DNA from: Burkholderiales bacterium
Lineage (GTDB): Bacteria; Pseudomonadota; Gammaproteobacteria; Burkholderiales; SG8-39
Assembly: GCA_035308765.1 (NCBI GenBank)
Contig: DATGGA010000064.1
Span: forward strand, 39,310 to 103,309
Reading direction: 5' to 3'
Length of the DNA stretch: 64,000 nt
The notes under the pieces were generated by a model. That model was not told the DNA's origin, ran no database searches, and saw nothing but the letters and a program-made list of their open reading frames with translations. The stretch's first letter is position 1. Every line of letters begins with the position of its first letter. A program made the translations under genes and the position numbers. Below, one piece after another: positions 1-10,693 of the stretch.

Positions 1-383
1 CGCGCGTCGCCAAGCGCGTGGTGCTGGGCAAGGACATTGCGGGTTGGGAGTACGTCGAGCTGGGGCTCATGCGCGATGCGTACATGAGGGAAATCGGCGC
101 ACTGATGGCGCCGTTCGACGCCTTCCTGACGCCGACCTCGCCGTGCATCGCACCCTCGATCGCAGAGGCGGGCGCGAGCGACGAGGCCTACTTCCACTGG
201 AATTCCCGCATCCTGCGCAATACCGGCCTGGTGAATTTCCTCGATGGTTGCGCGGCGACGCTGCCCTGCCACCCGCCTGGCGAAGCGCCCGTCGGCCTGA
301 TGGTGTCCGGCGTCGCGATGTCGGACCGGCACGTACTCGCCGTGGCGCATACCGTGGAAGGCGTGCTGGCGGCGCGTGCCTGA
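1..383 (+). CDS. amidase-family protein, C-terminal fragment (5' end outside window)
   Basis: Frame of ORF 18..383 is open to the window edge. The C-terminal sequence (NTGLVNFLDGCAATLPC...PVGLMV) resembles the C-terminus of amidase-signature enzymes. Stop TGA at 381-383. Confidence 0.55.
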   Translation, partial: RVAKRVVLGKDIAGWEYVELGLMRDAYMREIGALMAPFDAFLTPTSPCIAPSIAEAGASDEAYFHWNSRILRNTGLVNFLDGCAATLPCHPPGEAPVGLMVSGVAMSDRHVLAVAHTVEGVLAARA

Positions 384-1245
384 CGCGGCCGTAGATGCAC
401 GGGTCGCCCGCCACCGGTTCGGGCGGGCAGCAGGCAGTTACGCGCAGGCATCCAGGCTGGAAGCCGAAATCGGCGCGCGCATGCTGGATCGGCTCGACTA
501 CATCAGGCTTGCGCCGCAGCGCGTGCTCGACGCCGGTTGCGGTCCGGGCCGCGACGCCCGGGCGTTGGCGAAGCGGTATCGGGCGGCCGAAGTCGTCGCG
601 CTCGACTTCTCGCTGCCGATGCTGCTGGCCGGCCGGCCGCGCCTCGGCTGGTTCGAGACCCGGCGGCTGAAACGCGTCTGCGGCGATTTATGCAGGCTAC
701 CCCTGGCGGCTGCAGCGGCCAACCTGGTGTGGTCGAACATGGCGCTGCACTGGGCGGCGGACCCGCTCGCGGCGCTACGCGAGTTCCACCGGGTGCTCGC
801 GGTCGAAGGGTTGCTGATGTTCAGCACGCTGGGCCCCGACACGCTGGCCGAACTGCGCGCGGCGGCTGGAGCGGCTCGCGTGCATGCCTTTGCGGACATG
901 CACGATATCGGCGACATGCTGGTCGCGGCCGGGTTCGCCGAGCCGGTGATGGACGCGGAACGCCTGACGATCGAGTACCCGGATGCAGATGCGCTGCTCG
1001 CCGATCTGCGCGCGAGCGGCCAGACGTACGCGCTTTCGGGCGGCGGGCACGGCCCAAAAGGTCTCACGGGCCGCGGATTTCTCGCTGCGCTGAAACAGCA
1101 GCTCGCGGCGCAGCGCCTGGAGGGGAAACTGCCCGTCAGCTACGAAGTGGTGTACGGGCATGCCTGGAAACCGGCGCCGCGCCGCGCCGCCGACGGGCGT
1201 TCGATCGTGCAGTTCGAACGCCGGCCCGGCGAGAATGCAAAATGA
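376..1245 (+). CDS. bioC: class I SAM-dependent methyltransferase, BioC-like (malonyl-ACP O-methyltransferase)
   Basis: 289 aa, GTG start overlapping the upstream stop. Has the SAM-binding motif VLDAGCGPG, and the N-terminal FGRAAGSYAQ and SNMALHW motifs typical of BioC. Confidence 0.55.
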   Translation: MPDAAVDARVARHRFGRAAGSYAQASRLEAEIGARMLDRLDYIRLAPQRVLDAGCGPGRDARALAKRYRAAEVVALDFSLPMLLAGRPRLGWFETRRLKRVCGDLCRLPLAAAAANLVWSNMALHWAADPLAALREFHRVLAVEGLLMFSTLGPDTLAELRAAAGAARVHAFADMHDIGDMLVAAGFAEPVMDAERLTIEYPDADALLADLRASGQTYALSGGGHGPKGLTGRGFLAALKQQLAAQRLEGKLPVSYEVVYGHAWKPAPRRAADGRSIVQFERRPGENAK

Positions 1246-1367
1246 CGGCGAATTCCGAGTGATTTCATCGGCTTCCTTCTTGAGCGGGGGGCTTGCCTGT
1301 GGTAATGTTGCGCGGCAATTTTCTTGCTTTCCGCCGAGCTAGAAACGTAAATCCGGATCTGAAAGGA

Positions 1368-2534
1368 ATGATGATGGCACGCAAGCCGGCACGCGGCATC
1401 GCAACCTGGACGCACGCCGCTTTCGCCGCAGTCTGCGGCATCGCATATTCGGGAATGGCGCTGGCGCTGGAGTGGAACCTGCGGCCGGCCGGCAGCAAGC
1501 TCGCCGCCGACATTCACGAACTGCACGAGTACGTGATGATTCTGTGCACCGTGATTTTCGTCGGCGTCTTCGGCGTCATGTTCTATTCGGTGTACGCGCA
1601 CCGCAAATCGAAGGGCCACAAGGCGGCGCAATTCCACGAGAACACCACCGTCGAGATTCTCTGGACCGTAATCCCGGCGTTGATCCTGGTGGGAATCGCG
1701 TGGCCGACGACGCGCGTGGTCATTGCGCAGAAGGACACCTCCAACCCGGATCTCACCATCAAGGTCACCGGCTACCAGTGGAAATGGGGCTACGACTACG
1801 TGAAAGGCGAAGGCGAGGGCATCAGCTTCATCTCGTCGCTCACGACGCCGCGCGAGCAGATCGAGAACAGGGCGCCCAAGGGCGAGAACTACCTGCTCGA
1901 GGTGGACAACGAGATGATCGTGCCGGTCGGCAAGAAGGTGCGCATGCTCACCACCGCCGCCGACGTGATCCATTCCTGGTGGGTGCCCGCGTTCGGCGCC
2001 AAGCAGGATGCCATTCCGGGCTTCATCCGCGACCTGTGGTTCAAGGCCGAGGAGACCGGAACCTTTCGCAGCCAGTGCGTCGAGCTGTGCGGCAAGGAGC
2101 ACGGCTTCATGCCGATCGTGGTGAAAGTGGTGACCCAGGACGAGTACACGAAGTGGGTCGGCGAGAAAATGAAGCTGATCGCGGCGGCGGCCGACGATCC
2201 CAACAAGCAGTACACGCTCGACGAGCTGAAAAAGCGCGGCGAGCAGGTGTACGCCAAGAACTGCGTCGCCTGCCACCAGGCGACCGGCAAGGGCAGCCCG
2301 CCCGCGTTCCCGCCGCTGGACGGCTCGAAGGTGGTCAATGGGCCCAAGGAAAAGCAGATCGAGACGGAGCTGAACGGCGTCGTCAAGAACGGCGCACCGA
2401 CTGCGATGGTCGCGTTCGGCAAGCAACTGAACGACGTCGAGCTCGCGGCGGTGATCACCTATACGCGCAACAGCTGGAGCAACAAGACCGGCGAGGCGAT
2501 CCAGCCTGGCGAAGTCAAGGCTCTCAGGAAGTAA
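1368..2534 (+). CDS. ctaC: cytochrome c oxidase subunit II with C-terminal cytochrome c domain
   Basis: Two N-terminal TM helices. CuA site (HSWWVP...[12 protein letters not shown]) and a C-terminal haem c motif CVACH. ATG at 1368 follows the SD-like sequence aaagga; the ORF-track start at 1293 is TTG and probably too long. Confidence 0.9.
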   Translation: MMMARKPARGIATWTHAAFAAVCGIAYSGMALALEWNLRPAGSKLAADIHELHEYVMILCTVIFVGVFGVMFYSVYAHRKSKGHKAAQFHENTTVEILWTVIPALILVGIAWPTTRVVIAQKDTSNPDLTIKVTGYQWKWGYDYVKGEGEGISFISSLTTPREQIENRAPKGENYLLEVDNEMIVPVGKKVRMLTTAADVIHSWWVPAFGAKQDAIPGFIRDLWFKAEETGTFRSQCVELCGKEHGFMPIVVKVVTQDEYTKWVGEKMKLIAAAADDPNKQYTLDELKKRGEQVYAKNCVACHQATGKGSPPAFPPLDGSKVVNGPKEKQIETELNGVVKNGAPTAMVAFGKQLNDVELAAVITYTRNSWSNKTGEAIQPGEVKALRK

Positions 2535-2562
2535 GAGTAAGCAAGGACTCAGGAGAAAACCG

Positions 2563-4173
2563 ATGAGCGCAGTCGTAGACACCCACGGCCACGGCCACGC
2601 CCACGACGGGCATGGCCACCACGACCAGCACGGCAGCTACGGCGGCATCATGCGCTGGGTCACCACCACCAACCACAAGGACATCGGCACGCTGTACCTG
2701 TGGTTCAGCTTCACGATGTTCATGGTCGGCGGTGGCATGGCGATGGCGATCCGGCTCGAACTGTTCGAGCCCGGCATCCAGTTTTTCAATCCGGACCTGT
2801 TCAACCAATTCACCACCATGCACGGCCTGATCATGGTGTTCGGCGCCATCATGCCGGCTTTCGTCGGTTTCGCGAACTGGCAGATCCCGATGATGATCGG
2901 AGCGCCCGACATGGCGTTCGCGCGCCTGAACAACTGGTCGTTCTGGCTGCTGCCGTTCGCCGCTTCGCTGCTCATCATTTCCTTTTTCACGCCGGGCGGC
3001 GCGCCCGGGGTCGGCTGGACCATGTACGCGCCGCTGACGGTGCAGATGGGCGTCGGCATGGATCTCACGATCTTTGCCGTGCACCTGCTCGGCATGAGTT
3101 CGATCCTGGGCTCGATCAACATCATCACCACCATCCTGAACATGCGCGCGCCCGGAATGACGTTGATGCGCATGCCGCTCTTCGTCTGGACCTGGCTGAT
3201 CACCGCCTACCTGCTGGTGGCTGCGATGCCGGTGCTTGCGGGCGCGGTGACGATGTCGCTCACCGACCGGCATTTCGGCACCTCGTTCTTCAACGCAGCG
3301 GGCGGCGGCGATCCGGTGCTCTACCAGCACATCTTCTGGTTCTTCGGCCACCCTGAGGTCTACATCATCGCGCTGCCCGCCTTCGGCGTGATCTCGCAGG
3401 TGATCCCGGCGTTCTCGAGGAAGCCGCTGTTCGGCTACGCCTCGATGGTGTACGCCACCTCGGCGATCGCGATCCTGTCGTTCATCGTCTGGGCGCACCA
3501 CATGTACACGGTCGGCATGCCGGTGCAGGGCCAACTGTTCTTCATGTACGCGACCACGCTGATCGCGGTGCCGACCGGCGTCAAGGTGTTCAACTGGGTG
3601 GCAACCATGTGGAAGGGCTCGCTTTCCTTCGAAACGCCGATGTTGTTCGCGATCGGCTTCCTGTTCCTGTTCACGCTGGGCGGGTTCACGGGCCTGGTGT
3701 TGTCGCTGGTGCCGATCGACATCCAGCTCCAGGACACCTATTACGTGGTGGCGCATTTCCATTACGTGATGGTGGCAGGGGCCCTGTTTGCCGCCTTTGC
3801 CGGAGTTTATTTCTGGCTGCCGAAGTGGACCGGCAGGATGTACGACGAGAAGCTCGGCCGGATCCACTTCTGGCTGACGATGATTTTCTTCAACATGATC
3901 TTTTTCGTGCAGCACTTCCTCGGCCTCGCCGGCATGCCAAGGCGCGTCCCGGATTACCCGCTGATGTTCGAGACCTGGAACAAGATCAGCTCGATCGGCG
4001 CCTTCGGTTTCGGCCTGACGCAGCTGCTGTTCCTCTACATCGTCCTGAAGACGATTCGCCACGGCGAAAAGGCGCCCCAGCTGCCCTGGGACGGCGCCGA
4101 TTCCCTGGAGTGGACGCACCTGCCCACGCCGGTGCCGTACCACACCTTCGAAACGCCGCCCGTGCTGAAGTAA
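2563..4173 (+). CDS. ctaD: cytochrome c oxidase subunit I
   Basis: 536 aa polytopic protein with canonical haem-copper oxidase motifs ([24 protein letters not shown]). Confidence 0.95.
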   Translation: MSAVVDTHGHGHAHDGHGHHDQHGSYGGIMRWVTTTNHKDIGTLYLWFSFTMFMVGGGMAMAIRLELFEPGIQFFNPDLFNQFTTMHGLIMVFGAIMPAFVGFANWQIPMMIGAPDMAFARLNNWSFWLLPFAASLLIISFFTPGGAPGVGWTMYAPLTVQMGVGMDLTIFAVHLLGMSSILGSINIITTILNMRAPGMTLMRMPLFVWTWLITAYLLVAAMPVLAGAVTMSLTDRHFGTSFFNAAGGGDPVLYQHIFWFFGHPEVYIIALPAFGVISQVIPAFSRKPLFGYASMVYATSAIAILSFIVWAHHMYTVGMPVQGQLFFMYATTLIAVPTGVKVFNWVATMWKGSLSFETPMLFAIGFLFLFTLGGFTGLVLSLVPIDIQLQDTYYVVAHFHYVMVAGALFAAFAGVYFWLPKWTGRMYDEKLGRIHFWLTMIFFNMIFFVQHFLGLAGMPRRVPDYPLMFETWNKISSIGAFGFGLTQLLFLYIVLKTIRHGEKAPQLPWDGADSLEWTHLPTPVPYHTFETPPVLK

Positions 4174-4178
4174 GGTGC

Positions 4179-4277
4179 ATGAGCCGCAATGTCAAAACCG
4201 CTCTGCTGCTCGCCTTCGTAGCGCTCACCACGTTCTGCCTGATCATCGCGAAATACTGGTTCATGAATGGCAAATAA
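4179..4277 (+). CDS. small single-TM protein (cytochrome oxidase small assembly protein-like)
   Basis: 32 aa, MSRNVKTALLLAFVALTTFCLIIAKYWFMNGK. ATG lies 5 nt after the ctaD stop. Sits at the conserved position between subunit I and cox11. Confidence 0.45.
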   Translation: MSRNVKTALLLAFVALTTFCLIIAKYWFMNGK

Positions 4278-4812
4278 TCTCGAAGCAGTGAATCGCGAGC
4301 GCCTCAACCGGCGCCTGTTCACGCGCCTGTCGATCATTGCGGTGGCGATGTTCGGCTTCGGCTACGCTATGGCCCCGTTCTACCAGGCGTTCTGCAAGGC
4401 GATCGGCATCAATTCACTGGTCGCGCGCGACGAGGCTCCGGTGAATACGCAGGTCGATACCGCGCGCACTGTCACCGTCGAGTTCGACGCCAACGTGCGC
4501 AACCTGCCCTGGAGTTTCCGTCCCCTTGTGGGGTACGTAGAGGTGCACCCCGGGCAGCTGGTGCACGTCGAGTACGAGGTATCGAATACCCGCCAGACCG
4601 CGGTTACCGGTCAGGCGATCGCGAGCTTCGGGCCGGCCGTCGCAGGGCAGTTTTTGCGCAAGCTCGAATGCTTCTGCTTCTCGCAGCAGACGCTCGCTGC
4701 CGGGGAGACGCGCAAGATGCCCGTGACCTTCGTGGTCGACGGTTCGCTGCCGGCCGAGATCAATACCGTGACGCTGTCCTACACCTTCTTCGAAGTCCCG
4801 GGGAAGGGCTGA
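4267..4812 (+). CDS. ctaG: cytochrome c oxidase assembly protein Cox11/CtaG
   Basis: 181 aa with an N-terminal TM anchor and the copper-binding CFCF motif (KLECFCFSQQ). Confidence 0.9.
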   Translation: MANNLEAVNRERLNRRLFTRLSIIAVAMFGFGYAMAPFYQAFCKAIGINSLVARDEAPVNTQVDTARTVTVEFDANVRNLPWSFRPLVGYVEVHPGQLVHVEYEVSNTRQTAVTGQAIASFGPAVAGQFLRKLECFCFSQQTLAAGETRKMPVTFVVDGSLPAEINTVTLSYTFFEVPGKG

Positions 4813-5006
4813 TGCAGGACGCCATCCGCAAAGCTTCGTTCCTCGACACCGTCAAAACGGTGCTGGCCGGCGCGATCGGCATCCGCCGCAAGGCGGACCA
4901 CGAGCGCGCGCCGTTGAATCCGGTGCATCTCGTCATCGCGGCAATCCTGCTGGCGATGCTGTTCATATTCACGTTGATCACGATCGTCCGGATCGTGCTG
5001 AGCTAG
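4812..5006 (+). CDS. small membrane protein (DUF2970-like)
   Basis: 64 aa. ATG overlaps the ctaG stop (ATGA-type overlap). C-terminal TM helix. Typical small gene between cox11 and subunit III. Confidence 0.45.
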   Translation: MQDAIRKASFLDTVKTVLAGAIGIRRKADHERAPLNPVHLVIAAILLAMLFIFTLITIVRIVLS

Positions 5007-5022
5007 GACCAGGGAGAAAAAG

Positions 5023-5889
5023 ATGGCACATGCATCCACCCCGACGCGGCAGGCGCACTATGCGGTTCCCCAGCCGATGCCATGGCCGATCATGGGCTCC
5101 ACGGCGCTGTTCTGCATGGCGCTGGGAGCGGTGTTCGTCATGAACGTCTCCAGCGGCGGCTGGGTCGCGATCGCCGGGGGCGTCATGCTGCTGGTGTACA
5201 TGATGTTCCGCTGGTTCGGCGACGTCATCCGCGAGTCGGAGGGCGGCAAGTACGGAGGCTGGGAGGACCTGTCGTTCCGCTGGGGTATGAGCTGGTTCAT
5301 ATTTTCCGAGGTGATGTTTTTCGCCGGCTTCTTCGGCGCGCTGTTCTGGCTGCGCGTCATGTCGGTGCCAGATCTCTCGAGTCTGACCAGCAACACCTAC
5401 CTCTGGCCGGGCTTTACCGGCCACTGGCCTTCGGCCGGCCCGGGTTTCGACGAGGTGTTTTCGCCCATGGCCGCCTGGGGCATACCGGCAATCAACACGC
5501 TGTTGCTGTTGTCCTCCGGCGTGACGGTGACGATCGCGCACTGGGCGCTAAAGGAAAACAAGCGGGCGCTGCTGAGCCTGTTCCTGTTCTTCACCATCGC
5601 GCTGGGCGCGCTGTTCCTCTCCCTCCAAGCCTACGAATATTCGCACGCCTATTCGGAACTGAATCTGAAGCTCTCCACTGGTGCCTATGGCTCGACTTTT
5701 TTCATGCTCACCGGGTTCCACGGCTTTCACGTGACTTGCGGCGCGATCATGCTGACGGTGATCCTGTTCCGCTGCCTGGCGGGCCATTTCAAGCCGGAGC
5801 ATCACTTCGCGTTCGAGGGCGTGGCCTGGTACTGGCATTTCGTCGACGTGGTCTGGCTCGGGCTCTTCATCTTCGTCTATTGGCTATAG
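5023..5889 (+). CDS. ctaE: cytochrome c oxidase subunit III
   Basis: 288 aa, 7-TM-like protein with motifs FFMLTGFHGFHV and WYWHFVDVVWL. Confidence 0.9.
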   Translation: MAHASTPTRQAHYAVPQPMPWPIMGSTALFCMALGAVFVMNVSSGGWVAIAGGVMLLVYMMFRWFGDVIRESEGGKYGGWEDLSFRWGMSWFIFSEVMFFAGFFGALFWLRVMSVPDLSSLTSNTYLWPGFTGHWPSAGPGFDEVFSPMAAWGIPAINTLLLLSSGVTVTIAHWALKENKRALLSLFLFFTIALGALFLSLQAYEYSHAYSELNLKLSTGAYGSTFFMLTGFHGFHVTCGAIMLTVILFRCLAGHFKPEHHFAFEGVAWYWHFVDVVWLGLFIFVYWL

Positions 5890-6078
5890 ACGCCCGGGAA
5901 ACAGCCCGAAGTAATAGCCTCCCATCAGGAAGAGGAACAGCGCTACAGACAATCCCACCCGGATCGCGAGCGCCTTCAGCATGCGCTTCGAGTTGCCGCG
6001 ATCGTGCATCATGAAAAAGAGCCCCGAGCCAAGGCTCGCCACGATCAGCAGCAACACCGCTATCACCACGTAACGCAT
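5884..6078 (-). CDS. twin-transmembrane-helix small protein (DUF2909-like)
   Basis: 64 aa from the ATG at 6078 (MRYVVIAVLLL...), two TM helices. Its stop abuts the ctaE stop in a CTATAG palindrome. Confidence 0.5.
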   Translation of the reverse strand: MRYVVIAVLLLIVASLGSGLFFMMHDRGNSKRMLKALAIRVGLSVALFLFLMGGYYFGLFPGRL

Positions 6079-6103
6079 CTCGCCGGGAAGTTTAACGCGA
6101 CCC

Positions 6104-6763
6104 ATGAAGGCCGGTCCGTCCAAATTCTCCTTCCGCTTCCGTCCACCCTGGTGGGGCGTGCTGCTCTCGGTTCTCGGCCTCGCCGCCGGCATAGCGCTCG
6201 GCAACTGGCAATCGGGCCGCGCCGCCGAAAAACGGGCGCTGGCCGCAACGCTCAGGCTCGCGACGCTGCGCGGCGAGTTCCTGCCGGAATTCACCGTGCT
6301 GCTGGACAACAAGATCTATCGCGGCACGCCGGGCTACCAGGTCGTGCAGCCGTTTCGCGTCGCGGGCGGAAAGCACGTGCTGGTCAATCGCGGCTGGGTG
6401 GCGGCGGGAAAGCGCCGCGAGCAGTTGCCGGAAATTCGTACGCCCGCCGGCGAAGTATCCATTGCAGGCCTGCGCCTGGAGCGCTTCGAGCGTGCCTATG
6501 CTCCGTCGGCGGCGAAACCGGAGGGGAGGGTGTGGCAGAACGCGTCGCCGGAGAGCTTCGCGGCTTGGTCCGGGCTCGTGCTCGAGCCCTATGTGATCGA
6601 GCAGTACTCGGCGCTGGAGGACGGCCTGGTGCGCGACTGGCCGCCCGTAGACCTGGGCGTCGAGATGCACGAAAGCTACGCACTGCAGTGGTATTCGCTG
6701 GCCGCGCTTGCCGTTATCCTGTTATTCGCCCTGAATTTCAAGCGTGAACCGCCCCAAGCCTGA
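6104..6763 (+). CDS. SURF1-family cytochrome oxidase biogenesis protein
   Basis: 219 aa with N- and C-terminal TM helices. Conserved GNWQ..R and VLVNRGWV motifs of SURF1/Shy1. Confidence 0.8.
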   Translation: MKAGPSKFSFRFRPPWWGVLLSVLGLAAGIALGNWQSGRAAEKRALAATLRLATLRGEFLPEFTVLLDNKIYRGTPGYQVVQPFRVAGGKHVLVNRGWVAAGKRREQLPEIRTPAGEVSIAGLRLERFERAYAPSAAKPEGRVWQNASPESFAAWSGLVLEPYVIEQYSALEDGLVRDWPPVDLGVEMHESYALQWYSLAALAVILLFALNFKREPPQA

Positions 6764-7298
6764 CGATGCGGTGAGGCGCGGGCGCGTGAAGCTCGCGCTG
6801 CTGGCCGTGTTCTTTCTCCTCCCGATCGGCGCGAGCTGGATCGCCTGGCGCTTTGAACTGGTATCCGGGACGAGCGGCAATTACGGCACGCTGCTGCCGC
6901 CGCGGCCGGTGGCGCTGCCGGCGATCGCGGCGCTGAAAGGCAAGTGGGTGCTGGTGCAATTCGATGGCGGCGCCTGCGGCGCGGCCTGCGAGCGCAAGCA
7001 TTACTTTATGCGGCAGCTGCGGCGCGCACAGGGCAAGGAGATGCAGCGCATTGAGCGCCTCTGGTTGGTGACGGACGCGGTGCCGCCGCGCGCGGAACTG
7101 CTCGCAGCCATCGAGGACACCGTGATCGCGCCGGCCGGGACTGCGGCGGCCGAATTTCCCGCAGAGCGCTCGGTGGTGGACCACATCTACCTGGTGGATC
7201 CGCTGGGCAACCTGATGATGCGTTTCCCGCGCGATCCCGATCCGTTGCGCGTTATCAGGGATCTGCAGCGATTGCTCAAGGTATCCAGCTTCGGCTGA
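6744..7298 (+). CDS. membrane-anchored hypothetical protein of cox cluster (CxxxC-containing)
   Basis: 184 aa with an N-terminal TM anchor and a CGAAC motif. Sits between SURF1 and the haem O synthase gene. No confident family assignment. Confidence 0.5.
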   Translation: MNRPKPDDAVRRGRVKLALLAVFFLLPIGASWIAWRFELVSGTSGNYGTLLPPRPVALPAIAALKGKWVLVQFDGGACGAACERKHYFMRQLRRAQGKEMQRIERLWLVTDAVPPRAELLAAIEDTVIAPAGTAAAEFPAERSVVDHIYLVDPLGNLMMRFPRDPDPLRVIRDLQRLLKVSSFG

Positions 7299-7306
7299 GG
7301 CGGCGC

Positions 7307-8230
7307 GTGATAAAATTTTCGGCCTTGTCCGCCGAACTCATTTCCGAATCCTCCACCAAGACCCTCGGCAGCCGCGCGCGGGCTTTTCTCGCGCTCACCA
7401 AGCCGCGCGTCGTTTCGCTGATCGTGTTTACCGCCGTGATCGGCATGCTGCTCGCGACCCCTGGCATGGTGCCGCTGCGGATCCTGTTTGCCGCAACCCT
7501 CGGCATTGCGCTGGTCGCCGGCGCGGCCGCGGCGGTGAACTGTCTGGTCGAACAGAAGATCGATGCGCGCATGCGGCGCACCAGCTGGCGGCCGCTGCCG
7601 CGCGGCGAACTGACCCCGATGCAGACGGTGGTGTTTGCCGGCGCCATCGGCGGCTTCGGCCTCTGGGTTCTGACGCATTACGTCAACGCGCTCACGATGT
7701 GGTTGACGCTGGCGACTTTCGTCGGCTATGCCATCGTGTACACGCTGATCCTGAAGCCCCTGACGCCGCAGAATATCGTCATCGGCGGCGCATCCGGTGC
7801 GATGCCGCCGGTACTGGGCTGGGCCGCGGTGACCGGCGAAGTGACCACCGAGGCGCTGCTGCTGTTCCTGATCATTTTCGCCTGGACCCCGCCGCACTTC
7901 TGGTCGCTCGCGCTCTACCGCACCGAAGACTACGCCAAGGCCGGCGTGCCGATGCTGCCTGTCACGCACGGACAGGGCTATACGCGCTTGCAGGTGTTGC
8001 TGTATACGCTGATTCTTTTCGGCGTTTCGCTGCTGCCGTACGCGGTGCGCATGAGCGGCTGGCCTTACCTTGCAGCGGCGGTCGTGCTTGGCCTAGTCTA
8101 CATCGGCTACGCGGTGCGCATCTACGCCGTCTACAGCGACCGCTTGGCGCGCAGCTGTTTCCGCTACTCGATCGTGTATCTCGCCGCGCTTTTCGCGGCG
8201 CTGCTCGTTGACCACTATCTGGCGTTCTAG
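7307..8230 (+). CDS. ctaB: protohaem IX farnesyltransferase (haem O synthase)
   Basis: 307 aa polytopic UbiA-family protein with motifs DARMRRT..RPLP and [10 protein letters not shown]. Confidence 0.9.
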   Translation: MIKFSALSAELISESSTKTLGSRARAFLALTKPRVVSLIVFTAVIGMLLATPGMVPLRILFAATLGIALVAGAAAAVNCLVEQKIDARMRRTSWRPLPRGELTPMQTVVFAGAIGGFGLWVLTHYVNALTMWLTLATFVGYAIVYTLILKPLTPQNIVIGGASGAMPPVLGWAAVTGEVTTEALLLFLIIFAWTPPHFWSLALYRTEDYAKAGVPMLPVTHGQGYTRLQVLLYTLILFGVSLLPYAVRMSGWPYLAAAVVLGLVYIGYAVRIYAVYSDRLARSCFRYSIVYLAALFAALLVDHYLAF

Positions 8231-8798
8231 CCTGCTGCTGGCGGTGCTCGCTGCGGCAGCGTGCAGCCCGCAGGCGCCGAAATTCCGCAGCACGGACATC
8301 ACGGGCGCCGACTTTGGCAAGGAACTCGCGCTCACCGGTCACGACGGCAAGCCGCGCACGCTGGCAGATTTTCGCGGCAAGGCGGTGGTGCTTTTTTTCG
8401 GTTACACCCATTGTCCCGACGTCTGCCCGACCACGCTGGCCGACATGGCGGGCGTAATGAGGAAGCTCGGCAAGGACGCGGAGCGCGTCCAGGTTCTGTT
8501 TGTCACCGTGGATCCGGAGCGCGATACGCCGGCGGTGCTCAGCCAGTACGTACCGGCGTTCGACCCGCGCTTCCTCGGACTGTATGGCGACCTTGCCGCG
8601 ACGCAGCGCGCAGCAAAGGAGTTCAAGATTTTTTTTGAGAAGCGCGCCGGTTCAGCGCCCGGCGCATATGCCATCGACCATAGCGCCCAAAGCTATGTTC
8701 TGGACCCGCAGGGCCGTCTGCGCCTGTTCGTGCGGCAGGACCGGATCGCCGACGATCTAGCCGACGATCTTCGCGTGCTTCTCGGGCAGCCTGGCTAG
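8208..8798 (+). CDS. SCO/SenC family copper chaperone
   Basis: 196 aa with a lipoprotein-like N-terminus (LAAAACS), a thioredoxin fold with the CPDVCP motif, and a conserved distal His (IDHS). Confidence 0.85.
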   Translation: MTTIWRSSLLLAVLAAAACSPQAPKFRSTDITGADFGKELALTGHDGKPRTLADFRGKAVVLFFGYTHCPDVCPTTLADMAGVMRKLGKDAERVQVLFVTVDPERDTPAVLSQYVPAFDPRFLGLYGDLAATQRAAKEFKIFFEKRAGSAPGAYAIDHSAQSYVLDPQGRLRLFVRQDRIADDLADDLRVLLGQPG

Positions 8799-9680
8799 CG
8801 CGGCGCGCGGCGCGCTCTGCGCCGTCATGAATTTCCTCAGCTTTTCCATTGCCTTCAATTCCAACTGGCGGATGCGCTCGGCGGACACCTTGAATTCCGC
8901 CGCGAGGTCGTGCAGCGTGGCGCCGTCCTTTTCCTGCAGCCAGCGCGCTTCGACGATGCGCCGGCTGCGGGGGTCGAGTATCGCAAGCGCGGCATGCAGC
9001 CCCGCCGAGCCGACCCTTTCATTTTCCTCCGCTTCCAGTACCCGAGACGGTTCGGCGTCCGGGTCGGCCGCGAGGTAGTGCGCCGGGGCGTAGGCCGCAT
9101 CGTCGTCGCCGTCATCGGCTTCGAAGGCGACTTCGCGGCCGGCGAGGCGCGTCTCCATCTCGGTCACTTCCTCCGGCTTCACGTTCAGGTCGGCTGCGAT
9201 GCGCCCGATTTCCTCGCTGGTGAGCGCGGCGCTACCCTGCTTCATCGAACGCAGGTTGAAGAAAAGTTTCCTCTGCGCCTTGGTGGTGGCTACCTTCACC
9301 AACCGCCAGTTGCGCAGGATGTATTCGTGAATCTCGGCTTTGATCCAGTGGATCGCGAAAGACACCAGGCGCACGTTGCGCGCCGGGTCGAAGCGCTTCA
9401 CCGCCTTCATCAGGCCGATGTTGCCTTCCTGAATCAGGTCGGCGTGCGGCAGGCCGTAGCCGAGGTAGCCGCGCGCGATCGAGACCACTAGGCGCAGATG
9501 CGACAGCACCAGCTGGCCAGCGGCGTCTAGATCGTTGTGCTCGCGCAGGCGGACGGCAAGTTCACGCTCGCCTTCGGCGGTGAGCATCGGCATGCGGTTG
9601 ACTGCCTGCATATAGGACTCGATGCTTCCGGCGGATACCGGCGTCGGAAGCGTCATCGGCAGGGACATCGTTGCTTGCAT
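8757..9680 (-). CDS. rpoH: RNA polymerase sigma-32 factor RpoH
   Basis: Sigma-70 family regions 2-4 plus an RpoH-box-like segment (QRKLFFNLR). ATG at 9680 is preceded by GGAGG. Conserved ftsYEX-rpoH synteny. Confidence 0.9.
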   Translation of the reverse strand: MQATMSLPMTLPTPVSAGSIESYMQAVNRMPMLTAEGERELAVRLREHNDLDAAGQLVLSHLRLVVSIARGYLGYGLPHADLIQEGNIGLMKAVKRFDPARNVRLVSFAIHWIKAEIHEYILRNWRLVKVATTKAQRKLFFNLRSMKQGSAALTSEEIGRIAADLNVKPEEVTEMETRLAGREVAFEADDGDDDAAYAPAHYLAADPDAEPSRVLEAEENERVGSAGLHAALAILDPRSRRIVEARWLQEKDGATLHDLAAEFKVSAERIRQLELKAMEKLRKFMTAQSAPRAALARLPEKHAKIVG

Positions 9681-9709
9681 GGCCTTACCTCCTTGAGGAA
9701 AGAATTTTA

Positions 9710-9730
9710 GCACTCTGGCTTTTAGAGTGC
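9710..9730 (-). terminator. hairpin between ftsX and rpoH (candidate ftsYEX terminator)
   Basis: On the minus strand, gcactct-aaaagcc-agagtgc followed by an A/T-rich tail (taaaattcttt). 7-bp stem only. Confidence 0.35.
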
Positions 9731-9774
9731 CAATTCAGACTTGGGTTCCCTTCCAGATTCTCTGACAAGACGAC

Positions 9775-10683
9775 CTATCTGGGCTCTATTTCAAGTAAGT
9801 ATTTGCTCACTGATAGATAGGCGCCGAACCATCCCAGGGCCGTAGAGAAGAGCGCCACCGCGAGGGCGTCGCCCGGCGCGAGGAAGGCGAGGCGGAAGCC
9901 CGAACCGTAGCTCGCAGCAAGCTCCGATACGCCGACGTTGAGCGCCGCGAGGCTGCCCCAGAGGATGACCAGCGCCAGCAGCCCGCCCGCCAGGCCCTGC
10001 AGCGCGCCGAGATAATAGAAAGGCCGGCGGATGAACGCGTCGGTGGCGCCGATCAGCTTGGAGATTTCGATCTCGGCGCGCTGGGTGAGGATTTGCAGCC
10101 GGATGGTGTTGAAGGTGATCGCCACCAAGCCGAAGGCAAGCAGCGCCGCGAGCAGCGCAATCGCGAGGCGCGCGGTGCCCGCCAGCGCGCCGAGGCGCCG
10201 CGCCCAGGCCGAATCCACCTGCACATGCGCCACTGCCGGCAAGGCACGCAGTTCCCGCGCCAGCGCATCCAGCGTTTCCGCGTCGGCGGTCCCGGGACGA
10301 ACCACGAACGCGTCGGGAAGCGGATTGCGATTCAGCGCGGCAACCACCTCGCCCAGTCCTTCGGTGGCCTGCAGTTCCTTCAGCGCCTGCTCGCGCGATA
10401 TGAAGCGGAACTCTCGTACGCGCGCTTCGCTTTTCAACCTCGCCCCGAGCGCGTCGGCGTCGGCGCGTTTGGCGTCCGGACGCAGGAATACCGAAAGCTG
10501 CGGCTCGAGCGATGCCCCCAGCGCCACTGCGCGCAGGCTGGAGAGCAGCGCGTAGCCGCCTGCGGGCAGCGAGAGCGCGATCCCGATCACCAGCGCGTTC
10601 AGCGCCGCGGCCGCCTTCTGCGCGGCGAGCTTGCCGAAGGCGGCCGCGACCGCCTGGCGGTGATGGCGCAGCCAGCTTTTCAT
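9775..10683 (-). CDS. ftsX: cell division permease-like protein FtsX
   Basis: About 302 aa from the ATG at 10683 ([11 protein letters not shown]...). Four TM segments plus a periplasmic loop. Follows ftsE. Confidence 0.85.
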   Translation of the reverse strand: MKSWLRHHRQAVAAAFGKLAAQKAAAALNALVIGIALSLPAGGYALLSSLRAVALGASLEPQLSVFLRPDAKRADADALGARLKSEARVREFRFISREQALKELQATEGLGEVVAALNRNPLPDAFVVRPGTADAETLDALARELRALPAVAHVQVDSAWARRLGALAGTARLAIALLAALLAFGLVAITFNTIRLQILTQRAEIEISKLIGATDAFIRRPFYYLGALQGLAGGLLALVILWGSLAALNVGVSELAASYGSGFRLAFLAPGDALAVALFSTALGWFGAYLSVSKYLLEIEPR

Positions 10684-10693
10684 CTGAGCGATC

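Noticed and set aside
1140-2582. 480-aa minus-strand ORF antisense to ctaC
   Set aside because: It lies opposite a gene with unambiguous CuA and haem c motifs. The product is Arg/Leu/His/Asp-rich low-complexity sequence with no motifs. This is a typical high-GC shadow ORF.
2524-4143. 539-aa minus-strand ORF antisense to ctaD
   Set aside because: Shadow of cytochrome oxidase subunit I. Highly charged, His/Arg/Glu/Asp-rich composition with no domain signature.
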